A DNA stretch of 64,000 nucleotides, taken from Anaeramoeba ignava BMAN. Taxonomy: Eukaryota; Protista; Anaeramoebae. Under the pieces are notes generated by a model. That model saw only the letters and a program-made list of their open reading frames with translations. It did not search any database and was not told the DNA's origin. Positions 1 to 10,063 of the stretch are shown here, one piece after another. The position numbers and the translations under genes were made by a program. The DNA lies in NCBI GenBank assembly GCA_028826165.1, contig JAPDFW010000066.1:434001-498000 (forward strand). The letters run 5' to 3'. Each line of letters starts with the position of its first letter. The first letter of the stretch is position 1.

Positions 1-155
1 CATTCTCATTTTTGTTTTTGATTTTTTTTTAGAAATAAAAAAAGACCAAAGAAACAATCACTTGGATTTTTAACAGAAGAAAAAAATAAGAAAAATTGCT
101 GTTAATGAATTTTTAATTATGGATTTTGAATTAATAAAATCAAATATAAATTAAA

Positions 156-3138
156 TCATTTTAAAATTAAATTTAAATCTAAATCTCTTCTTAAAATCAA
201 ATCAATTATTGAATTTGGATTTAATTGATAATAGTCTTTTAAGTCTTCAAATTCTTCTTTCATTTCTTTTGTAAAATCTTTTTTTTCATTATCAAATTCA
301 TCATGATAAAGAAAATAAATTAATTGATTTATTGTTTCAAATGATTTCTTTGAATAATCATGAACTTGATTAGAAAAATCTTGAATATTTAATTGGAACA
401 TTCCTTTGAATAATTCACTTCTTGCAAATAAAATTAATTTATGGATTTTAATTTCTTTTTCTTCAATAATTATTGTGAAATCTTTGGATGATTCTTGATG
501 ATATAAGTGATGAAAATCTTTCAATATTCCCTTTCTTCCTTTTTTTGATTCAATCCAATTTGAATCAAATCCAATTTCTTTGAAAATTTTTTTCATTTTC
601 TTTTCATTTGCTTTTTCAGTTTCAATTATAAGATCTAAATTTGTTTTTGGATTGAAATTTTGATAAATTTGTTGAAAATTTGGGAATCCAGTGTAAAGAA
701 AATTTAAGGCAATTTCAACATCTTCTTTGGGTTTTAATTTACAAGCATTAATAAATTTTTGTAAAATTATCACATCATTATTTAATCTTGTTAAAAGAAT
801 CAATTTATGCGCATTGAATTTTGAATAATTATTTGATTGAAGTTGGATATCAGAAAAATTATCATTTGAATTTAATAATTTGCTCATATCTTCATTTATT
901 GAATTAACTTTCAAGAATATTTCAATAATTTCATCTGTGATTTCATTTTTTTTCAAATCAAAAATATTTCCATTATTCATTATCATCAATTCAGTTAAAT
1001 CTTTTCTTTTGAAATGAATTAATATTGAAAAAGCTGATTCATTCTGGATATTTTTTGCATTAATATCAATTCCTTTTTGGATTAATAATTCGATAATTTC
1101 AAGCGATGAATTATAATTTTTGGAAAGAAAATGCAAAGCTGTTCTGCCATTGATATCTTTAGAATTGATATCAATCCCTTTTTCAATCAATAATTGAATA
1201 ATTTCTATTGATGTATTTTGATTTTGGCAAGCAAGATGTAAAGCAGATAGGTATAAAATTGTTTTTGCGTTAACATAAATTCCTTGTTCAATCAAATGCT
1301 TTATAATTTCAAAAGAAGGGTTTTGATTCTTACAAGCAATATGTAAAGCATTTTCATTTTGATTTGTTTTTGAATTAATATCAATTCCATTTTCAATTAA
1401 ATATTTAATAATTTCAAGTGTTAATTTTGGGTTAAAACAAGCAAAATGTAAAGCATTTTCTTTTTTTGTTGTTTTAGAATTAATATCAATTCTTTTTCAA
1501 TTAAATATTTAATAAATTCTATTGATGGATTGATTTTATTTTTGCAAGCATAATGTAAGGATGTTTGATTGTTAATATCGTTAGCATTAATATCAATTCC
1601 TTTTTCAATTAATAATTTAATGATTTCTAATGCGAATTTTGAGCTTTCATTTCCACAAATAATATGTAAAGCTGATGCACCTGATTTTATTTTTGCGTTA
1701 ATATCAATTCCTTTTTCAATTAATAGTTTGATAATTTGAATTGCATTTTCAGAGTTTGGGTTTTGACAAGCAAAATGCAAAGCTGTTTTGTTTTGATTTC
1801 CTTTAGCATGAAGATCAATACCTTTTTCAATCAACAACCTGATAATTTCAAATGATGGATTTCTGTTTAAACAAGCAATATGCAAGGGTGTTTCGTTTTC
1901 ATATATTTTTGAGTTCATTTCTATCCCATTTTCGATTAATAATTTAATAATTTCTATTGATGAATTTGGATTTTGACAAGCAAAATGTAAAGCGCTTTTG
2001 TTTCCATTTATTTTAGAATTGATATTGCTCCCTTTCTCAATCAAATATTTAATAATTTCCAAAGAAGGTTTTTGATTTTGACAAGCAAAATGTAAGGCTG
2101 TTTGATTATATTCTGTTTTTGAATTGATATCAATTCCTTTTTCAATTAAATATTTAATAATTTCTATTGATATATTTTGATTCTGGCAAGCAAAATGTAA
2201 AGAAGTTTGGTTATAATCTGTTTTTGAATTAATATCAATTCCTTTTTCAATTAATAATTTAATAATTTCTATTGATATATTTTGATTTTTGCAAGCAATA
2301 TGCAAAGCAGTTTGACAAGTAATTGTTTTTGAATTAATATCAATTCCTTTTTCAATTAATAATTTAATAATTTCTATTGATACATTTTGATTTTGGCAAG
2401 CAAGATGTAAAGCAGTTTCATTTCTATATGTTTTGGAATTAATATCAATTCCTTTTTCAATTAATAATTTAATAATTTCTATTGATATATTTTGATTTTG
2501 GCAAGCAAGATGTAAAGCAGATTCATTTCTATATGTTTTGGAATTAATATCAATTCCTTTTTCAATTAATATTTTAATAATTTCTATTGATATATTTTGA
2601 TTTTGACAAATAAAATGTAAAGCAGATTCATTTCTATATGTTTTGGAATTAATATCAATTCCTTTTTCAATTAAATAATTTAATAATTTCTATTGATATA
2701 TTTTTGATTTTGACAAATAAAATGTAAAGCAGTTTCATTTCTATATGTTTTGGAATTAATATCAATTTGTTTTTCAATTAAATATTTAATAATTTCTATT
2801 GATATATTTTGATTTTGACAAACAAAATGTAAAGCAGTTTCATCTCTATCTGTTTTAGAATTAATATCAATTCCTTTTTCAATTAATAATTTAATAATTT
2901 CTATTGATATATTTTTATTTTGACAAATAAAATGTAAAGCAGTTTCATTTCTATATGTTTTGGAATTAATATCAATTCCTTTTTCAATTAAATATTTAAT
3001 AGTTTCTATTGATATATTTTGATTTTGACAAGCAAGATGTAAAGCAGATTCATTTCTATATGTTTTAGAATTAATATCAATTTGTTTTAAATATTCAATT
3101 TTATTATTTTCTTCAATATTTATTTGAAATGAATCCAT
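156..3138 (-). CDS. Ankyrin-repeat protein with C-terminal tandem BTB/POZ-like domains; one gene split into 3 ORFs by apparent frameshifts near 2670-2705 and 1490
   Basis: Continuous 108-nt (36-aa) ankyrin repeats (TALHFACQNQNISIEIIKLLIEKGIDINSK) run from about 3090 to 1050 across the ORF breaks. C-terminal BTB motifs: SDIQLQ..FNAHKLIL and KDFTIII..IKIHKLILFARSELFKGMF. The breaks coincide with 1-nt differences from sister repeats. Confidence 0.85.
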
Positions 3139-3315
3139 TTTAAAAAAGAAAAGAAAAAAATGAAAAAAAAAATTAAGAATTTTAAACAGATTTCATTTTA
3201 GAGAACAAAAATAATTTTTTAATTAAATTTTCAGTTTTCATTTTTCTCCTTTTTAATTTCTTTTTTAAATTTATTTTTTTTTTTAAATTTTTTGCTTTAT
3301 CAAAAAAAAAAGCAA

Positions 3316-4479
3316 ATGGATCTAACAAAGAATTTTTACAAAGAAAATGAAACAGATATTGAAAGAAGACCAATTGTAATTGAAAATGGAACAGCAACAA
3401 CAAGAGCTGGATTTGCAGGCGAAGAAATTCCCAAAGTTCATTTTTCGACAGTAATTGGAAAACCAAGAAGAACAGGTGGTTGTATGATCGGAATTGGAGG
3501 AAAAAGTTCTTATATTGGAGAAGAAGCAAAAAAATCATCAAGAATATCAATTAATTATCCAGTTAGAAATGGAATCATCTCAAATTACACAGATTTGGAA
3601 CAGATTTGGTTCGATATTTTTTATAATGAATTGGGAGTTGATCCTGAACATCATTCTGTTCTTTTTGTTGAATCCCCTTTTAATATAGATTCAAGTCGAG
3701 CTCAAACAGCTCAAATTATGTTTGAAAGATTTTTGGTTCCAAATTTCTTGACAAAAAATTCTGCTTTTTTGGCTTTGTTTTCTATTGGAAAGAAATCAGG
3801 TTTTGTTGTTGATTCTGGTGAATCTTTCACTTCTTTTGTCCCTATTTTTAATGAGAAAATTCTTACTCATAATCTTTCTAAAGTTGGATTTGCAGGCAAA
3901 AAATTAAATGGTCATTTTTCTCAATTATTAACGAAAAAAAAAAGGAATTTCAGATTATTGGCGAGTAAAGAATCAATTATTAATATCAAGGAAAATGATT
4001 GTTATGTTGCTTTTGATTATGAAGAAGAAATGCAAATCAATTCCAAAATGAAATTCATGAAAAAATTTCTAGTTGGTAATAAAGAATATTCTTTTAAACT
4101 TGGATCAGAATTGTTTGAAATGAGTGAAGTTTTTTTTGATCCTAAAATGCAAAAATTTCATCAATCAACAATTCAAAAATGTGCTTGTGATATTATTTTG
4201 GATTGTGAAGAGAAAGTTCAAAAGGAATTATTTTCCAATATTCTTTTGATTGGAGGAAGTAGTTTGATTCGTGGATTTGATGAAAGATTACAAAAAGAAA
4301 TTTGCAAAATAGCGGATGATAATTTTGAAGTAAATGTGATTGCTCCATCTGAAAGGAAGCATTTAGCTTGGATTGGTGGTTCAAAATTTGCATCAATTCC
4401 TGATTTTGAGAAAAATTGTATTTCAAGAGAAGAGTATTTAGAAAAAGGAGAACAAATTTTTTATCAAGAAGATTATTAA
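3316..4479 (+). CDS. Divergent actin-like / actin-related protein, intronless
   Basis: Actin-fold motifs: PIVIENGTATTRAGFAGE, YPVRNGII, QIMFE, VVDSGE, NILLIGGSS..GFDERLQKE, APSERKHLAWIGGS. First ATG is at 3316; the ORF track starts at a non-ATG codon. Confidence 0.9.
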   Translation: MDLTKNFYKENETDIERRPIVIENGTATTRAGFAGEEIPKVHFSTVIGKPRRTGGCMIGIGGKSSYIGEEAKKSSRISINYPVRNGIISNYTDLEQIWFDIFYNELGVDPEHHSVLFVESPFNIDSSRAQTAQIMFERFLVPNFLTKNSAFLALFSIGKKSGFVVDSGESFTSFVPIFNEKILTHNLSKVGFAGKKLNGHFSQLLTKKKRNFRLLASKESIINIKENDCYVAFDYEEEMQINSKMKFMKKFLVGNKEYSFKLGSELFEMSEVFFDPKMQKFHQSTIQKCACDIILDCEEKVQKELFSNILLIGGSSLIRGFDERLQKEICKIADDNFEVNVIAPSERKHLAWIGGSKFASIPDFEKNCISREEYLEKGEQIFYQEDY

Positions 4480-4780
4480 TTTTTGGAAACAGAAAATAAA
4501 ATCAAAAATAAAATCAAAATCAAAATCAAAATCAAAATCAAAATAAAAATCAAAATCAAAAATAAAATAAAAATAAAAATAAAAAACAAAAACAAAACCA
4601 AAAACAAAACAAAAATAAAAACTGATTGAATTATTTTTGGAATTATTTTTGGAATTATTTTTGGAATTATTTTTGGAATTATTTTTTAAATTTATTTTTA
4701 AATAGATTTAATTGTTTGTTTTCATTTATTTCAAAAGAAATTTGGTTAAAAAAAAAAAGAAAAAAAGAAAAAGAAAAAGT

Positions 4781-7507
4781 TCACCAATCTCCATCATTTC
4801 CTTGAGATTTAGATTCCAATTCAGAAATAAATTCCGACAACTCTTGATTTTTGGATTGAGCAGCAATCTCTCTAGCCTTTTCAAACCTGCCTAATCTAGC
4901 AAAGTATCTACCTCTCAAATAAAGATCAGAAATTTTGTCAACAAATTGTTCAGCTTCTTGGGGGGCAAAATTTTGGACACAAACTTGAACAAACGGTTCA
5001 TAACCGATTGGGGATTTTTTTTTTGAGAATTCTAAGAGTAAGGAGAAATGACGGGCTCTTGCAAGTGCTCTGATGACAATCCACCAGAACTTCTTCTGGG
5101 GAACTACGAACTTCTTGTATAATTTCTCAGCTTCTTTCAGGTCTTTATTTGTGACAACCTTGTCGATTGTTTGTGTAATTGTGAGCCCGATAAATTGCCC
5201 CCGATAATCACTTTCGTATTTTTTTTGCAGTTGAAGAATATCAATGTTGTCTTGAACCATTTTTGTCATAAAAGAGTCGTGGGATTGTTGGAAAGAAAGC
5301 GCGGCAATGCGCAAAGTTTGGAGTTTTTTCTGGAAAAAAGTCTCGTTTGTTGAGTAGTTGAACTCACTTGGATCGTTTTGATCTTCGATGAATCCGTTGA
5401 GATCAAGTGAGTTCTTTTTGATATCTTCTCTTGGGTCGTTTTTTGAATCGAGAAGATTGTTTGAGATTTGGGTAGAAAGATCGGAAGTGTGACGCGGACG
5501 TGTTTTCATGTTTCCGATTGCGAGAGAGTTGTCAATATTTTCGGGGTTTTCTGCAGAATTTTCGTTCTGCGCAGAAATGCGACATTCTTGGATCAGGAAA
5601 TGTTTTGAGGATTCAAGAACACAAAGAAGAGAAGCTTCATGATCAAGTCTTGAGATTTGATAAAGTATCTTGAGCTTGTCGTGGAAAGCATATGAGGATT
5701 TCCAGTATGCGACAAGAAGATTTCTTGAAAGAGGGAATTTTGAGATGTACATCAACGACTCGTTAATGGGTCTTCTGGAATCAATAAGATGGAAAATGAC
5801 GAGATAGATGAAGTCTGTTTGTCCCGATTGGATTGCTTTTTGGAGCGCAAAATCGATGTTATTCATCCTGAGAAATAACGGCACTTGATGGGCGACCTTG
5901 AACTCGTAATTAAGGAGTTCCATGGCCAAACTCTCCTTCCCTTCGCTAAGTGCTACCGCTGCAATTCGCGAGTATGAAATGGATGATTCCATCCCGATTT
6001 TGTCGAGAATTGCTTGGAGAATTTTGTCCTTTTGCTCATTGGTGCGGATCTTTTCCGCGGCCCAACGCAGAAGAACCTGATCGGTATTCATTTTGAGGGA
6101 TTTGCATATCGAGAATGCGAGGAGATGTTGATTGTGGTCCAGAAGCCGCTCGATCAGGCCTTCGATGCCGAGCAGCTTGTATTGGGGATATGTGATTGGG
6201 ATGCCGATTGTATAAGTGCGGATGTTGTTAAGAACTCGGATGATTTTGCACTTGTCGGCATAGCTGTCATGATCAAAGAAATCCAAGTAGCTTTTTGCAA
6301 AGCAAGCTGTGCGGAGAAGTTTCCGCTGGAGATCAGGTCTGAACTCATGGGCGGCGGCTTTTATACACATTTTGATCGCTTCAGAAAGCTTTCCCCGTTG
6401 AGAAATGGAACGGATAATTTCGTCCACTTTTGCAGACTTTGTCTCAAAGTTTTGGATCGCGTCAAAAAGAATAGACGCATCAGAAGCTGAACCGATTTTA
6501 AATATATCCGTCAAAGGACTGGGAACGACTGAGATGAAATCACATTTGGTTGCGGATACAACTCTTGCGCCATCAGGTTCTGGAACAAGATAAATTTTCC
6601 CGTCATAATCAAATTGCACAGACTCACCTGTAGGACCAATCATTAACAAAAGATCCACATTTTGCCAATAAGACAAAATTGAGTCTGAAGAGCACCAAAG
6701 CATCTGGGTCGGTGCCCGTGTCGCGTGGGACTGAAAATCCAGATAAAAATTCCCTAAATCACTTGTGTAAACCACAAACCTCCCCTTGTTACTCACAAGA
6801 CACACCATCTTTCCATTGCTGGAAAGCGCCATCTTCACTACATGCTCTCTCTCTGTCATCCCTACATCCCTTTCCTCATACCCGTTGCTGTCGATAACGG
6901 CAATATTCCCGTCACTTAATCCGAGCCAAACTTCGACATTTCTCGAATTTGCGAATTTTGCCTCGATCCCCATCCGGCATTTCGGTCCCTGTCGAATTTT
7001 TGGCATCTTATACTCGTTAAAAAGTGGTGTTGTCAACTCACCGAACTCATTGGTTGCAAATAAACGGAATGTTTTTGTCATTGCTATCAGTCCGTTACTG
7101 AGCAAATCCACAAACAATATTCCCTCTTCCATAAACGCTTTTGGAAGATTGAAGGTCCAAACATGCTTTCCTAGCACGCTATAAAAATCCACCGCACCAT
7201 CCTCTGTCGCGATTGCCAGTCGCCCGTTATCTGTCCATCCCATACTCAAGATACGCGATTTTTCCATCCAATCAATCTGTCCGATTAGTTTTCCGGCACT
7301 TGTGTAGATAAATACTTTTGACTTTAGCATTGACGTTTGTGCTTTTACAAACTGTGTTTCATCTCGTGCTAATGCCAATGCCCCGCCATATTGTCCCCCG
7401 CTTAATATGTAATCTTCTAGTTTTACATCCCAATCAAGTTTGTATAGTTCTTGTTGTCGATAAAAGTGATTAGAAAGAATTGTCCATTCTGTTGATATTA
7501 GTGACAT
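4781..7507 (-). CDS. VPS16: Vacuolar protein sorting 16 (HOPS/CORVET subunit), intronless
   Basis: 908-aa ORF with Vps16 motifs: W..L...FYR..ELY.L.W, YGGALAL.RD, E.DG.RV, IFKIGS, CI.AA.HEF....Q.KLL..A.F.KS, RVLN.IR...IGIPIT..QY, SPIGYEPFV..C. Confidence 0.95.
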   Translation of the reverse strand: MSLISTEWTILSNHFYRQQELYKLDWDVKLEDYILSGGQYGGALALARDETQFVKAQTSMLKSKVFIYTSAGKLIGQIDWMEKSRILSMGWTDNGRLAIATEDGAVDFYSVLGKHVWTFNLPKAFMEEGILFVDLLSNGLIAMTKTFRLFATNEFGELTTPLFNEYKMPKIRQGPKCRMGIEAKFANSRNVEVWLGLSDGNIAVIDSNGYEERDVGMTEREHVVKMALSSNGKMVCLVSNKGRFVVYTSDLGNFYLDFQSHATRAPTQMLWCSSDSILSYWQNVDLLLMIGPTGESVQFDYDGKIYLVPEPDGARVVSATKCDFISVVPSPLTDIFKIGSASDASILFDAIQNFETKSAKVDEIIRSISQRGKLSEAIKMCIKAAAHEFRPDLQRKLLRTACFAKSYLDFFDHDSYADKCKIIRVLNNIRTYTIGIPITYPQYKLLGIEGLIERLLDHNQHLLAFSICKSLKMNTDQVLLRWAAEKIRTNEQKDKILQAILDKIGMESSISYSRIAAVALSEGKESLAMELLNYEFKVAHQVPLFLRMNNIDFALQKAIQSGQTDFIYLVIFHLIDSRRPINESLMYISKFPLSRNLLVAYWKSSYAFHDKLKILYQISRLDHEASLLCVLESSKHFLIQECRISAQNENSAENPENIDNSLAIGNMKTRPRHTSDLSTQISNNLLDSKNDPREDIKKNSLDLNGFIEDQNDPSEFNYSTNETFFQKKLQTLRIAALSFQQSHDSFMTKMVQDNIDILQLQKKYESDYRGQFIGLTITQTIDKVVTNKDLKEAEKLYKKFVVPQKKFWWIVIRALARARHFSLLLEFSKKKSPIGYEPFVQVCVQNFAPQEAEQFVDKISDLYLRGRYFARLGRFEKAREIAAQSKNQELSEFISELESKSQGNDGDW

Positions 7508-7589
7508 TTATTAAAAAAAGAAAAAAGAAAAAAAAGGAAAAAGAAAAAAATGAAATTTAAAAAAATTCAAAAAAATTTTAAATCTTTTT

Positions 7590-9600
7590 ATTTTATTAAA
7601 TTTTATAAATAAGAAATTAAATAATTTAATTAAAAAATATTTAAATAAATTTAATAAATATTTTGAATAAATTTATTAATTAAATAAATTAAATAATTAT
7701 TTTAAATAATATTATAATTTATTTTGAAATATAATTTTATTAAATTTTATAAATAAGAAATTAAATAAAATAATTAAAAAATATTTAAATAAATTTAATA
7801 AATATTTTGAATAAATTTATTAATTAAATAAATTAAATAATTATTTTAAATAATATTATAATTTGTTTTTGAAATATAATTTTATTAAATTTTATAAATA
7901 AGAAATTAAATAATTTAATTAAAAATATTTAAATAAATTTAATAAATATTTTGAATAAATTTATTAATTAAATAAATTAAATAAATATTTTAAATAATAT
8001 TATTATTTGTTTTGAAATATAACTTAATTAAATTTTATAAATAAAAATTAAATAATTTAATTAAAAATATTTAAATAAATTTATTAAATATTTTGAATAA
8101 ATTTATTAATTAAATAAATTAAATAATTATTTTGAATAATATTATAATTTATTTTAAAATATAATTTTATTAAATTTTATAAATAAAAATTAAATAAAAT
8201 AATTAAAAATATTTAAATAAATTTAATAAATATTTTTGAATAAATTTATTAATTAAATAAATTAAATAAATATTTGAATAATATTATAATTTATTTTAAA
8301 ATATAATTTTATTAAATTTTTATGAAATTAAATAAAATAATTAAAAATATTTAAATAAATTTAATAAATATTTTGAATAAATTATTAAATTAAATAAAAT
8401 TTTGAATTAATTTGTTTTAAAAATATAATTTTATTAAATTTTATAAATAAGAAATTATTTAAAATAATTAAAAAATATTTAAATAAATTTAATAAATATT
8501 TTAAATAAATTTATTAATTAAATAAATTAAATAATTATTTTGAATAATATTATAATTTGTTTTAAAATATAATTTTATTAAATTTTATAAAAAAAAATTA
8601 AATTTTTTAATTAAAAATTTTAAATAAATTTAATAAATATTTTGAATAAATTTATTAAATAAATTAAATAATTATTTTAAATAATATTATAATTTATTTT
8701 AAAATGTAATTTTATTAAATTTTATAAATAAGAAATTAAATAATTTAATTAAAAATTTTAAAAAATTTATTAAATAATTAAATAAATTAAATAATTATTT
8801 TGAATAATATTATAATTTATTTTAAAATATAATTTTATTAAATTTTATAAATAAGAAATTAAATAAAAATATTTAAAAATATTTAAATAAAATTAATAAA
8901 TATTTTTGAAAATCGAATTAATAAAATTAAATAAATATTTTGAATAATATTATAATTTATTTTTAAAATATAATTTTATTAAATTTTATAAATAAAAAAA
9001 ATTAAATAATTTAATTAAAAATATTTAAATAAATTTAATAAATATTTTGAATAAATTTATAAATTAAATAAATTAAATAATTATTTTGAATAATATTATA
9101 ATTTATTTTAAAATATAATTTTATTAAATTTTTATAAATGAAATTAAATAAAATAATTAAAAATATTTAAATAAATTTAATAAATATTTTGAATAAATTT
9201 ATTAATTAAATAAATTAAATAAATATTTTGAATAATATTATAATTTATTTTTAAAATATAATTTTATTAAATTTTATAAATAAAAATTAAATAATTTAAT
9301 TAAAAATATTTAAATAAAATTCTTTGAATAAATTTATTAATTAAATAAATTAAATAAATATTTTGAATAATATTATAATTTATTTTAAAATATAATTTTA
9401 TTAAATTTTATAAATAAAAAATTAAATAATTTAATTAAAAAATATTTAAATAAATTTAATAAATATTTTGAATAAATTTATAAATTAAATAAATTAAATA
9501 ATTATTTTGAATAATATTATAATTTATTTTAAAATATAATTTTATTAAATTTTATAAATAAGAAATTAAATAAAATAATTAAAAAACATTTAAATAAATT
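7590..9600. repeat. AT-rich tandem satellite, unit about 144 bp, about 14 copies
   Basis: The marker ataagaaattaa has its G at 7613, 7757 and 7902 (spacing 144 and 145). The whole unit recurs to about 9600. Confidence 0.9.
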
Positions 9601-10063
9601 TCATTTTTTCATTTATTAAGCATTGAACTATACATATTAGTTAAATAATAATTTTCATTAACTAATTTGTTTCCATGTGATGCAATATTTTTAAAAATGA
9701 TTTAGTTTTTTATAAAAATAAAAGGATTTTGTGATAAAAAAAACATTTTTAACATTCACATTATTTCTAAAAAAAAACAAAATCTAAATTCAAATTCTTT
9801 CAATTTTAATTTTCTAATTTGTTTCTAAACAAAATGAAATTAATTTTTATAAAGAAAACAAAACATTTTTGTCATTTCCATCTTTTTAAAAAAATTTTTT
9901 TTTTAAAAATTAAAATTTTCATTTTTTTTCTTTCTTCTTTTTTCATTTTTTTTCATTTCCTTTTTTTGTTTCCTTATAAATTAATTAAAAAAATTTAAAA
10001 AAAAAAATTAAATTAAATTAAACTTAATTAAAGTTGATTTAATTCCATTTAATTCTATTTAAA

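Noticed and set aside
1421-2705. Programmed frameshifting or pseudogenisation in the ankyrin, WH2 and F-BAR genes
   Set aside because: The indels are single bases in or next to homopolymers or repeats, typical of long-read consensus error. This cannot be supported without reads.
5340-5590. Cys-starting insertion in Vps16 as a second intein
   Set aside because: Only about 80 aa, low complexity, with no block B and no terminal HN plus nucleophile. It is a disordered loop.
5171-7184. Antisense and overlapping ORFs within Vps16, MCM3 and the WH2 genes
   Set aside because: Shadow frames of real CDSs with no recognisable motifs.
4781-7507. Horizontal transfer of the GC-rich Vps16
   Set aside because: Vps16 is eukaryote-specific, and similar GC shifts occur within single native genes (PH gene, MCM3).
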